Part shown: one piece after another, positions 42,649 through 52,247 of the stretch | How the letters are laid out: every line of letters begins with the position of its first letter | Numbering within the stretch: position 1 is the stretch's first letter | NCBI RefSeq assembly: GCF_000142905.1 | Contig: NW_013657656.1 | Location: 217,758 to 281,757 of the forward strand | Reading direction: 5' to 3' | Source: Thecamonas trahens ATCC 50062 | Taxonomy: Eukaryota; Protista; Apusomonadida | Length of the DNA stretch: 64,000 nt | Made by a program: the position numbers and the translations under genes | The notes under the pieces: generated by a model | The model's database searches: none | What the model was told of the DNA's origin: nothing | Seen by the model: the letters and a program-made list of their open reading frames with translations, nothing else

Positions 42649-43777
42649 CTCGAGCCCGGCCCGGCGGCAACCCGCGCCACGCCACACCCGTCGAGCTCGC
42701 CGAGCACGATGGGAGTTGCGGCGTCGTCGGTCGTCCCGCTCCCAACCTGCCCGTGCTCGCCCCAGCCCCAGCTGCAGACCGCACCCTCGGCAGTGAGGGC
42801 AACTACGTGCTCAGAGCCCGCGGCGATTGAGACGACGTCGCCGGGTAGTGGGAGCGAGACAAGGCTGGTGGCGCCACTTCGGGGAGTCGTGTCGAGCAGG
42901 ACGCCGCGGCTGTTGGATCCAGCAGCCGACACTGCGCCGCTCGGAGCGTGCACAAGACTAAACGACCAGCCGGCGTGGACTGAGCGGAGCGGCCCAGTGC
43001 CAGGCAGCTCGCCAGCTACAGGTGTAAAAGTGGGAACGATCTTGTCCGCGCACTCTCCTACACCAAGTGTGCCGTGCGCAGCGGCGCCGCAAGCAAGCAC
43101 ACGCCCGTCGGCGAGCGCAAGCGTCGACGTCTTGTAGCCGCAGGCCACGCTTACTGCATCGCCGATGCCGCCAACCTGCTCTGGCGTGCAGACGAGCACC
43201 TTGCGCCCGGTGCGGTGGCTGTCAAGCACGTCAGCGGGAAGGCCGAGCTGGCCAAACTTGCCATCGCCCCATGCGTAGACCTCGCCGGCATCGGTGACCG
43301 CCATCGAGTGGCGCATGCCGGCGCTGCAAGCCACAGCCACGCGGCCTGGACCAAAGCCCGAGACTAGGCCCGGCCCGAGGCCGTCCGGCCCGGTACCGAG
43401 CTGGCCAAAGGCATTGGCACCAGTGCCGTAGATTGCGCCTGACGCCGTAACCACCAGGCTGTGCTCCCAGCCAGCTGCCACGCCCACCGCCCGCTCGCCG
43501 CCGAGCGCCTCCATCAGCGCAGCGAGCACTGTCATCTCTGTTCGCGATCCATCGCCGCCGAGCTGGCCGACGGCATCGTCGCCGCACCCAACAAGCGTGC
43601 CGTCGGCGAGGAGCACAACTAGGTGGCCGGCTCCGGCAGCGACGTCGACGACGTCAGCAACAGCCTCATGCGGTAGGCGCACCTCGACTGGAGCGAGACG
43701 GTCGTCGCAGTCGCCTGTGCCAAGCTGTCCGTGCGAGTTGGCCCCCACGCCCACATCGTCTTGCCGTCACCTGCCAT
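42633..43777 (-). CDS. RCC1-repeat protein, SERGEF/Ats1(Kti13)-like; probable frameshift at 43742-43746
   Basis: GANSHGQLG, AAGWEHS, SAGMRHS, AAGSEH..SWGWGEHG. Adding one G gives MAGDGKTMWAWGANSHGQLG. Confidence 0.78.
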
Positions 43778-44004
43778 TCACGCGAGCAGACGCAGATGAG
43801 TGTCCATCCGCAGGCAAACCCGCCCAGCCTGCAGCAGCTCCAGCCGCAACCAACCCAGCCGCACAGCCGCTGAGCTACACAGCCCATGCCGTTGCCATCG
43901 TACTGCATGTTCACCTCCTCCCATCCTCCCCATCCCCACCACTGCAGGAAATCAGACCAGAGTCAATCAGCCAGACCCTTTGTGCTTCCAATCGATGTCA
44001 TTGA

Positions 44005-44073
44005 TGGCTGGCTCGCTGGCTCGCTGGCTCGCTGGCTGGCTGGCTGGCTCGCTGGCTCGCTGGCTCGCTGGCT
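44005..44073. repeat. (TGGC/TCGC)n tetranucleotide array in a divergent intergenic region
   Basis: Seen directly. Confidence 0.9.
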
Positions 44074-44150
44074 AGCCGCTCCCCCCCCAGACTCGCCCAC
44101 CAACGGCAAATCTTCCCACCCAACTACGTTACATACACCAGCAGCACATC

Positions 44151-45197
44151 ATGGAGAAGGTTCGGGCCCAGATGGCCAAGTGGCGCGAGGAGGTCGAGAC
44201 GGCCAACGACCGCATCGAGGAGCTGGAGGCACAGGTCAAGGTATGCTTCTTCCCCAACTCTCAATCCCCCATCCCTCACCCTCTTCATCTCCATCCTCCC
44301 CTCCTCCCTCTCGTCCACAATGCGCGTGCCGCCTGTCCCTTTCCCAAAAACTTTGCTCCTTCGCTGCCTTTCACCAGAAACACAGCCAGGCACCCTGCTC
44401 GGCCTAGCCCCGTGCCACCATCCACGCCATACTCGCCACCGCCCGCCCTCCCCACCAACCACACACCGTGCCCACACACATTATCTTCCCCTCTATTTCC
44501 TCCCCTCCTCCCTCCACAGCCGCCTTCTTTCCCCCACCCCACCCCCCCCCCCCCCCCGCGTCCCCTCGCATCTTTCGTTATGTTTTGTCATGTCATGTCG
44601 CATTGAACGGCAAAGAAAGAGACCAAGACCAGACCCCCCTACATACTCACGCACACACGTATATTCTCTGTTTAGTCTGTGAGCGAGGAGAAGGAGGCTG
44701 CGCTCGCCGAGGCGGAGGACGCCCGCCGCAAGCTGCAGCTTTCGCAGGACGAGGCTGAGTCGCTCGAGGCCCGCCTCGCCGAGGCTGAGGACAAGGCTGC
44801 CAAGGCTGTCGAGCGTGCCGACCAGGCCGAACAGGCCCGGTCGTCGGCTGAGAACCAGCTGGCGCTTGCCGACGAACAGGGCGGCGATGTCGGCGAGCAG
44901 CTGGCCGCGCAGCGTGACGCTGCTCAGGCCGCCGAGGCCCACGCCGAGGACCTCGAGCGCAAGCTGCGCCGTGCCGAGGAGCAGATCGAGGAGCTCGAGA
45001 ACCAGGTCGAGGATCTGTCCAAGGTCAAGGATGACCACCACGAGGCCGACATGCGCGCAGAGAACGCCGAACGCAAGATCAAGGATCTCGAGACCCAGCT
45101 CGAGGAGATGGAGGAGAAGGTTGCCGAGGAGAAGGCCAACGCCGAGAAGGCCAAGAACGACCTTGCCGAGACCCTCCGCGAGCTCGGCATCGAGTAA
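44151..45197 (+). CDS. TPM: Tropomyosin, 203 aa; exons 44151-44240 and 44676-45197
   Basis: Uninterrupted Pro-free coiled coil; MEKVRAQMAKWREE N-terminus; RRKLQL; EADMRAENAERKIKDLE (cf. EAETRAEFAERSVTKLE); DLAETLREL end. Confidence 0.8.
44241..44675 (+). other. Spliceosomal intron, 435 nt
   Basis: GTATGC donor, TACTCAC branch, TTTAG acceptor, phase 0. Confidence 0.8.
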
Positions 45198-45486
45198 CTC
45201 TCGTTGCCCTGCCGTGCGCATACTGCACCCCATGGACCCTTCCCCATTTCCCCTCCTTGTCGAGCTTAAATCCATCACCTATTCCTACGCTCTACCGCCA
45301 CCGCTTGCCCTTTGTTGTCATCAGGGCTCTGAACCCTCGTTCCGTCCAGCCACCGCATGTGCCACGTGTGAGCTGGTCAGGTCTCGTCAGCCTCTGCCCC
45401 CACCCCCACCCTCCCACCCACCCACCCACCCCCAAGCTCCCACCACTGCACACACCTCCCTCCCTCACTCACCCTTTCTGCACTCT

Positions 45487-46860
45487 ATGTCTGTAGCCGA
45501 CCTCGGCGTCCCGCTCTATGCCGTCGTCCGCACGACCGGCAACATGGTGTTTGCTGCCGGAGGCGGCGGCGGGTCGGCGACGGGCGTGCCCAACACCATT
45601 GCCGCCTGCTCGCTCTCATCATCCGGCCGCATTTCGCTTGACTCGCTGACCTCGACACACCCGCATGCTGTCATGACCCTCGCTGCCGCACCGACAGCTG
45701 GCGTCCTCCTTGCCGCCGAGGAGGAGGCCATCGGCGTCTACGACATCGCCCACCTTCTGCCCAAGGGCACCCTGGCTGGCGCACCCGCAAGAGCCGCTGC
45801 TGCTCCCGCAGCAGCCGCACCCGCGGCCTCCTCGCCGTCGACATCAAAGGCATCGTCGGCGTCGGCGTCGACATCAACAGAGCCTGCGACGGCTGCGTCG
45901 GGCGCATCAGACGAGTCTGATGCGCCCAAGAATGCGTCCGATGGTGACGACGCTGCACCCGGCACTGCCCTCGGCCTCACAAAGATTGCCGAGTGGAAGG
46001 CTGACCTGAGCAAGGACGAGCCGCGAGTTCGCAAGGTTGTTGTTGCTGATGCTGCCCGGCTGGTGGCCACAACCGGCTCCGAGGGCCGCATCCGGGTGTG
46101 GAAGCTGGAGCACCCTGAGTACACGCGGGTCCACACCCTTACTGGCCACACCGGCGTTGTCCGTGACCTCGCCTTCAACATGTACGCCTCGCGCATCGCA
46201 TCAGTCTCGCAGCAGGACGGAACGCTCAAGATCTGGAACGTCTCGATGGGCTCGCTCATCCGCTCGGTCGCGGTCGAAACCGTCGCCGCCGCCATCGAAG
46301 GCGCCCTCGACTCGGGCCCCATGTCCGCCGTCCGCTCGGCTGTTGGCGGCTCGCCCGGTCGCGCCAAGGCGGGCTCCAAATCACGCCTCTCGTTCCGCAC
46401 CGTCTTCTACAACCGCTCCTCAAACCGCCAGTGCCTCATCCTCGGCCTCACCGGCAAGATTGCCGGTGCCTCGGAGCCGTCGTCGCACGTCGCTGTCATC
46501 GATGCAGAGACCGGCGCCGTCGTCACCACCCTCAAGGTTGCCGATGAGCCCATGACCGCCATGGCCTACGCCGACGATGGCTCGCTGCTCGGCATCGCCA
46601 CCGGCGAGCGCGTCTACATTGTCCAAGTCTCGGCCTCGCCTTCGGGCCTGCTGCGCCTCGCCCACTTTGTCTCGGTCACCCCACACCCGCTGCTTGTCAC
46701 CTCGCTCGCCTTTTCGTCCAACAACTCTCACGTGCTCACGGTCTCTGTTGATCGCACGCTCGTCGCCACACGCATCACCGGCTCCTCCCGCTCGCTCTTC
46801 CTCGTCATCGCCCTCTTCCTCGCCACCGCCGCTCTCTACTACTACTTTGTCCTCGCCTGA
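45487..46860 (+). CDS. SEC12: Sec12/PREB Sar1 guanine nucleotide exchange factor (WD40, C-terminal TM)
   Basis: GVPLYA...AAGGGGGSATGVPN K-loop-like motif; WD repeats; H.LLVTSLAF; C-terminal TM. Confidence 0.8.
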   Translation: MSVADLGVPLYAVVRTTGNMVFAAGGGGGSATGVPNTIAACSLSSSGRISLDSLTSTHPHAVMTLAAAPTAGVLLAAEEEAIGVYDIAHLLPKGTLAGAPARAAAAPAAAAPAASSPSTSKASSASASTSTEPATAASGASDESDAPKNASDGDDAAPGTALGLTKIAEWKADLSKDEPRVRKVVVADAARLVATTGSEGRIRVWKLEHPEYTRVHTLTGHTGVVRDLAFNMYASRIASVSQQDGTLKIWNVSMGSLIRSVAVETVAAAIEGALDSGPMSAVRSAVGGSPGRAKAGSKSRLSFRTVFYNRSSNRQCLILGLTGKIAGASEPSSHVAVIDAETGAVVTTLKVADEPMTAMAYADDGSLLGIATGERVYIVQVSASPSGLLRLAHFVSVTPHPLLVTSLAFSSNNSHVLTVSVDRTLVATRITGSSRSLFLVIALFLATAALYYYFVLA

Positions 46861-47242
46861 TGCGGCGCCATCGCCCATAAAGTCACCGTATAGCCGCCTG
46901 TATCCGTATTGTAGCTGATGGCAGCTGTTTGCGCCCAATCAGCGCCACTGGTCCGTGGAAGCACTGCTCCTGCGTCTGCCTCCGCAGATGCGCGCTTCCA
47001 CCTGGCAGAGCGGCCGGACACTTGGTCATTGGCGACAACTGTAGCTCGACGACGACAAGTCCGATTGACTCGACGACGGAACATTGCTTTGTTGCAGTAC
47101 ATCATGCTCCACCATCTTGACGCCCGAGCTCCATTCCGTAAACGCAATGAGCAAAGGAGGCATCATTGACAGCAGCGGCAGCTGGCGGCTGACGCCGGGC
47201 CGATAAGCGGCCACTCAACTTGACACCACTCGACCCGCGGCC

Positions 47243-48223
47243 ATGGCGACGAGCAAGCACGACCGGCTGATGGAGCTGTTTTCTGTGGCGCGGCGGGAGG
47301 AGCGACCTCTATACGTGCAGGCGCCCATGGTCCGGTACTCGAAGCTCCCATTCCGGCTGCTGGTGGCCGGGTATGGCACCGACGTGGTGTACACGCCCAT
47401 GATTGTCTCGGATGCCTTCCTCAAGTCCTCGCTCTCGCGCGACTGCGAGCTGATGACCTCGCCGGCAGAGACAGCGCCGCTGATTGTGCAGTTTGCGGCG
47501 GCAAACACCCGCCAGTTTGTCGATGCTTCGAGCATGGTCTCGCAGTACGTGAGTGGCGTCGATCTTAACTGCGGCTGTCCCCAGGGGTGGGCCATGAGTG
47601 ACGGACTCGGCTCGGCCCTCATTGCCAAGCCCGAGCTGGTCAAGGACATGATTGCCACCACGGTGGCCCAGGCCGAGTGTCCAGTAACCGTCAAGATCCG
47701 CCTCCGCGACACGCCCGAGGAGACCATCGAGCTGGTTCGTAGGCTCGAGGCTGCCGGCGCGGCATGGATCACCATCCACGGGCGGACGCCGGCAAACAAG
47801 CGCGGCGGCGACGTCGACTACGACGCCATCGCCCTCGCAGCCTCGGCCGTCGGCATCCCGGTCCTTGCCAACGGCGACATCAACTCGGTTGCCGACGCCC
47901 ATTCGGTTGCCGCCGCCACAGGCGTCGACGGCGTCATGTCTGCTCGCGGCCTCCTTGCCAACCCGGCCATGTTTGCCGGCTTGGACTACACCCCCATCGA
48001 AGCCGTCCGCGAGTACATCCGCCTTTCCCTCGCCTACTCGGAGAAGTTTGTCCGCGTCCGCTACCATGTCCTCACCATGACCAGCGCCATCCTCCCGCGC
48101 TGGGCCCGCTCTGCCCTCGCTGAAGTCCACACCGTCTCGGACATCTTTGACCTCTTCCTCTCGCGCTTCAACATCGACCTCTCGCCCGCTGCCGCCGATC
48201 CCACCAACTCTCCTGCTCCGTGA
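47243..48223 (+). CDS. DUS4: tRNA-dihydrouridine synthase 4-like
   Basis: APMVRYSKLPFR, YTPMI, PLIVQFAA, DLNCGCPQ, TIHGRT, ANGD, GVMSARGLLANP. Confidence 0.9.
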   Translation: MATSKHDRLMELFSVARREERPLYVQAPMVRYSKLPFRLLVAGYGTDVVYTPMIVSDAFLKSSLSRDCELMTSPAETAPLIVQFAAANTRQFVDASSMVSQYVSGVDLNCGCPQGWAMSDGLGSALIAKPELVKDMIATTVAQAECPVTVKIRLRDTPEETIELVRRLEAAGAAWITIHGRTPANKRGGDVDYDAIALAASAVGIPVLANGDINSVADAHSVAAATGVDGVMSARGLLANPAMFAGLDYTPIEAVREYIRLSLAYSEKFVRVRYHVLTMTSAILPRWARSALAEVHTVSDIFDLFLSRFNIDLSPAAADPTNSPAP

Positions 48224-48427
48224 TGCCCAGCTCGCTTTAGCGCTGGCCACTGCAGCAGATCCCGCTGATGGGCCTGCTGCAGCCGCCGAGCTCTTCGCCC
48301 GTGCCACATAACACCAACTCATGCGTCACCCCCATCCCCCCCCCCCCCCCCCCCACCGCATGTGACCCCTCCACACCGTGACTCGCTTTCGAGCCCATTG
48401 GAAGGTGAGCCAGACTCTCTCGAGCCA

Positions 48428-51400
48428 ATGAAGTCGGGCGAGGCGAGACAGAGACAGAGGCGGAAGCCAGCTGGTATCACTCGTCTCATGGCAGTAGAAA
48501 GAGAAGGAGGCATAGGTGGTAGTGACGGCAATAGCCAGGGCGGCGGTGGTGCAGGCAGGCAGCCTGTACCACCGTCTGCAGTGCCGTCCACTGCTTCCAC
48601 CCGTGGCGCTGGGCGCGGCCGAGGACGTCGAGGCTCTTCCCGGGGAGCACCCCCCGGGTCCTCGCGCGGCCGCCCCGGACGTTCCACAGGCAACAACAAC
48701 AAGATTAACAACAACAAGACCACCAACAACAAGACCACCAACAACAAGACCGACGCAGCAAATGCTTCTTCTGCTGGGAATGGGATCAAGGCCAGCAGTT
48801 CTGGTGCGGCTGGCGCGAGCAAGAGAAGGAACAGGCGCAGGAACAAGGGCAAGGGCAAGGGCAAGGCTGATGCTGGTGGTGCGGCAGCGGCGGCTTCAGC
48901 TGCAGCTGATGGTGCTGCAGTTGATGGGGCGGCTCAGCCCCCGCGCCAAGCCCGCAGCCGTAGCCGTGGTCGGGGTCGTGGTCGTGGTCGGGCCGGCCGT
49001 GGTCGCGGTCGCGGTGGTGCCGCGTCTTCCGGACGCGGCAAGCCCGTGCTTCGGGCGGATGCGCCTGCGTTTGTGCCGGGCGCCGTTGTGGCGACCTCTG
49101 CGACCTCTCAGGCCAACGCGCCGACGGGAGGCGGTGGCAAGAAGAAGCAGAAGCGGGGGAAGAACCGGAAGGGCAAGGGCAGGGCACCCGAGGCGGGCAA
49201 GGGCGGCTCGAGCCGCGGGCCTCCGCCATCAAAGGCCCGTCCGAGTGTGGCGCCAGCGCCTGTCGACACTGTCGGGCACTCGACGCTGGCGGCTGGGCTG
49301 ATGCGCGAGCTGGTGAGCGGCTCGTACGAGTGCATGGTGTGCATGGACAACATCAAGTCGCACACCGCAGTCTGGTCATGCGACCGTTGCTTTGCGCTCT
49401 TCCACATCTTCTGCATCAAAAAGTGGGCCCGAGCGGCCGAGGCCGGTGAGCCATGGCGGTGCCCTGGATGCCAGCACGAGGTCCACTCGCGGGCGTTCAA
49501 GTACATGTGCTACTGCGGCAAGGTGAAGGAGCCCGAGTTCAATCCGTACATCACGCCGCACTCGTGCGGTGACAACTGCGGTAAGCTCCGCAAGGGCACT
49601 CCGTGCCCACACCCGTGTACCATGCCATGCCATCCGGGCCCGTGCCCGCCGTGCTCGGCCACAGCTCCGGCTCGCCCCTGCTTTTGTGGTGCCACCACGT
49701 ACGTGCCGCGTTGCTCCGACGTTGACGCCGGCCGCTCGTGCGGCGCCGCTTGCGGCAAGCCGCTCAACTGCGGTCGCCACACGTGCGCCAACGAGTGCCA
49801 TGACCTCGGCTGTCCGCCGTGTGACATTGAGTTTGAGCAGACGTGCTATTGCGGGAGCGAGACTCGGGTCCGCAACTGCGCGCTCGCTGAGTATGACATC
49901 GGCTTTGCCGACGATCGCGCTTTCGCATGTGGCTCGACGTGCGGCAAGAGCCTCGAGTGTGGCGAGCACACCTGCGGGCGGTCGTGCCACAAGGGCCCCT
50001 GCGGGCCGTGTCCACTGGAGCCGGAAGTAGTGACTACTTGCCACTGCGGCAACAGCGAGCTGGCCACCCTTCCGGCGCCGGCGCGCGAGGCGTGCACCGA
50101 TCCGATTTCGTCGTGTGGTGGGTTGTGCGGCCGCGAGCTGGAGTGCGGGCAGCACCCTTGCCCGCGCGTGTGCCACCCGGGCCCATGCCCGCCTTGCACT
50201 GCCGCGGTCGAGGCGTCGTGCCGGTGCGGGTCGACGAGCGCGAGCGCTCTCTGTGGGGTGGTCAATGCCGACTCGACCCGCAGAGCCGCCAATGCAGCCT
50301 GCGCCCTGCCCGAGGTTCGTGATAGCAACGGCGACCTGCTCGCGGCGTACCAGCCGCACTACGAGCCGCTCGACACCACTCCGATCCGGTGCAAAAAGGT
50401 GTGTACCGCGCGGCTGCATTGCAAGCGGCACCGGTGCCGGGAAGTGTGCTGCCCGCTCAACCCCGACCTGCCGGCAGCGTTTGGCCGTGACGACCCGGGC
50501 GGGCTCCACATTTGCCGACGCGTGTGCAACCGCGAGCTGTCGTGTGGCAACCACCGTTGTGAGCGGCTTTGCCATCGGAACGCGTGTGGGGAGTGCGGCA
50601 ACGTCTCGTTCGACGAGATGGTCTGTCCATGCGGCGCGTCGCGGATCCTTCCGCCGATCGAGTGCGGGACTGCACCGCCGCAGTGCTCACAGCCGTGCTC
50701 GATCCCGCGACCGTGTGGACACCCGATGGCTCATCCGTGCCATCCGGCCGGCTCGCCGTGTGCTCCGTGTGCGTTCCTCACGTCGCGGCCGTGCAACGGC
50801 GGCCACAAGATCATGCCGCACGTCCGGTGCTCGCTCTCCAATGTGTCGTGCGGCGCGCCGTGCGGCGTGGCCATGCCTTGTGGTGAGCACACGTGTCGGC
50901 GAACATGCCACTCGGGCGAGCACGTGGTGGCCAAGGCAGCGGCCGGCGACGGGGCCGGCCCGTCGGACGCTGTGCCTGCCGAGGCTGCTGACGATCCCGA
51001 TGCGCCTAACCCGCAGTCGTGCCGGCAGGCATGCCACCGGATGCGATCGTCGTGTTCGCACCGGTGCCAGGCGATGTGTCACCCGGGCGAAGCATGCCCG
51101 GCAGTCCCGTGCTCTGCCCGAGTCCGGGTCTCGTGTGGGTGTGGGCGGATGAGCCGCGAGGTGGTCTGCTCACGCGGAGGGCCGCCCGAAACCGAGTCGC
51201 GCATCGTCCGAGCGCTCGAGTGCGACGAGGAGTGTGCTCGGGTGGCGCGCAACGCGCGCCTCGCGCTCGCGCTCGACTCGTCAGGCACAGCTGCGCTGCC
51301 GACTGCTGTCGAGTACTCTGAGTTTCTCCAGGTTGCTGCCGTCCGCGAGTCCGCGCTCATTGCCATGCTCGAGCAAACGTTTGGCAAGCTCCTGGCGACG

Positions 51401-52228
51401 CCGTCGACGACGTCGACCAACCTGCCGCCCATGCCGGCGTCGCAGCGCGAGGTTGTCCACGAGCTCGCGGTCGTCTACCACCTGCACTCAGAGTCGTACG
51501 ACACCGAGCCGCACCGACGGGTGGTTGTTTCGAAGCGGGCCGACTCGCGGTCGCCGCCGATTCTGCTCTCCGAGTGGCAGGCGGTGGTGCGGACGACCCG
51601 CAAACTCGAGCGCGAAAAGGCAGCAGAGGCTCGCAACCTTGGCGTGACGCTCGACCCGGAAGAGGCATCGGTGGAGGACCTCAACGCGCTGCAGATCTAC
51701 GGGCTCGACCCGTCGGTCAAAACTCGCAATTTGCTGGCCTTCCTCATGCCGTTTGAGAACGAGTACCGGCTCCAGTGGGTGGACGACGAGAACGCGCTTG
51801 CCATCTTTGTCTCGCACATCCGTGCGATGCAGGCGTACAACCTCCTCAACGGCCGCCGCTTCCCGGTCCGCCTGGTTGCGGTGCCAACTCCCAGCTCGCG
51901 CGCCTCGGCCCGCACCAGCAAGCTCTCGGGCGCCGCCAAACGGCGCAAAAAGCTCACCTCAATGTCCACCACCGCCCGGCCGCCACCAACTTCGAGCGCA
52001 GGAGTGTACGAGAACATGGTCGTCCAGTCGGAGGCAATCGCGCCCATCGCCTTCAACCCGTTTAACGTCCTCACTCGCACCGACCTCGTGCGGGAGGCCA
52101 CCGAGGCCACGTTTGCTTCTCCACCCAACGAGCCGGCGTCCAACGACGACGGTGACGAGTCGTGGGAAGATGCAGCCGGCCCTGACGACGGTGAGTCTGC
52201 CGAGTCTGCCCCCAATACCGACCATTAA
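48428..52228 (+). CDS. NFX1: NF-X1 zinc-finger protein (PAM2, RING/PHD, NF-X1 repeats, R3H, RRM-like); start 48428 or 48488
   Basis: YECMVCMD..WSCDRC..FHIFCIKKWA..WRCPGC; repeated CG.H.C...CH.GPC; R3H QREVVHELA..SESYD.EP.R; LRADAPAFVP. Confidence 0.92.
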   Translation: MKSGEARQRQRRKPAGITRLMAVEREGGIGGSDGNSQGGGGAGRQPVPPSAVPSTASTRGAGRGRGRRGSSRGAPPGSSRGRPGRSTGNNNKINNNKTTNNKTTNNKTDAANASSAGNGIKASSSGAAGASKRRNRRRNKGKGKGKADAGGAAAAASAAADGAAVDGAAQPPRQARSRSRGRGRGRGRAGRGRGRGGAASSGRGKPVLRADAPAFVPGAVVATSATSQANAPTGGGGKKKQKRGKNRKGKGRAPEAGKGGSSRGPPPSKARPSVAPAPVDTVGHSTLAAGLMRELVSGSYECMVCMDNIKSHTAVWSCDRCFALFHIFCIKKWARAAEAGEPWRCPGCQHEVHSRAFKYMCYCGKVKEPEFNPYITPHSCGDNCGKLRKGTPCPHPCTMPCHPGPCPPCSATAPARPCFCGATTYVPRCSDVDAGRSCGAACGKPLNCGRHTCANECHDLGCPPCDIEFEQTCYCGSETRVRNCALAEYDIGFADDRAFACGSTCGKSLECGEHTCGRSCHKGPCGPCPLEPEVVTTCHCGNSELATLPAPAREACTDPISSCGGLCGRELECGQHPCPRVCHPGPCPPCTAAVEASCRCGSTSASALCGVVNADSTRRAANAACALPEVRDSNGDLLAAYQPHYEPLDTTPIRCKKVCTARLHCKRHRCREVCCPLNPDLPAAFGRDDPGGLHICRRVCNRELSCGNHRCERLCHRNACGECGNVSFDEMVCPCGASRILPPIECGTAPPQCSQPCSIPRPCGHPMAHPCHPAGSPCAPCAFLTSRPCNGGHKIMPHVRCSLSNVSCGAPCGVAMPCGEHTCRRTCHSGEHVVAKAAAGDGAGPSDAVPAEAADDPDAPNPQSCRQACHRMRSSCSHRCQAMCHPGEACPAVPCSARVRVSCGCGRMSREVVCSRGGPPETESRIVRALECDEECARVARNARLALALDSSGTAALPTAVEYSEFLQVAAVRESALIAMLEQTFGKLLATPSTTSTNLPPMPASQREVVHELAVVYHLHSESYDTEPHRRVVVSKRADSRSPPILLSEWQAVVRTTRKLEREKAAEARNLGVTLDPEEASVEDLNALQIYGLDPSVKTRNLLAFLMPFENEYRLQWVDDENALAIFVSHIRAMQAYNLLNGRRFPVRLVAVPTPSSRASARTSKLSGAAKRRKKLTSMSTTARPPPTSSAGVYENMVVQSEAIAPIAFNPFNVLTRTDLVREATEATFASPPNEPASNDDGDESWEDAAGPDDGESAESAPNTDH

Positions 52229-52247
52229 CACACCGTTGTTCGCGGCT

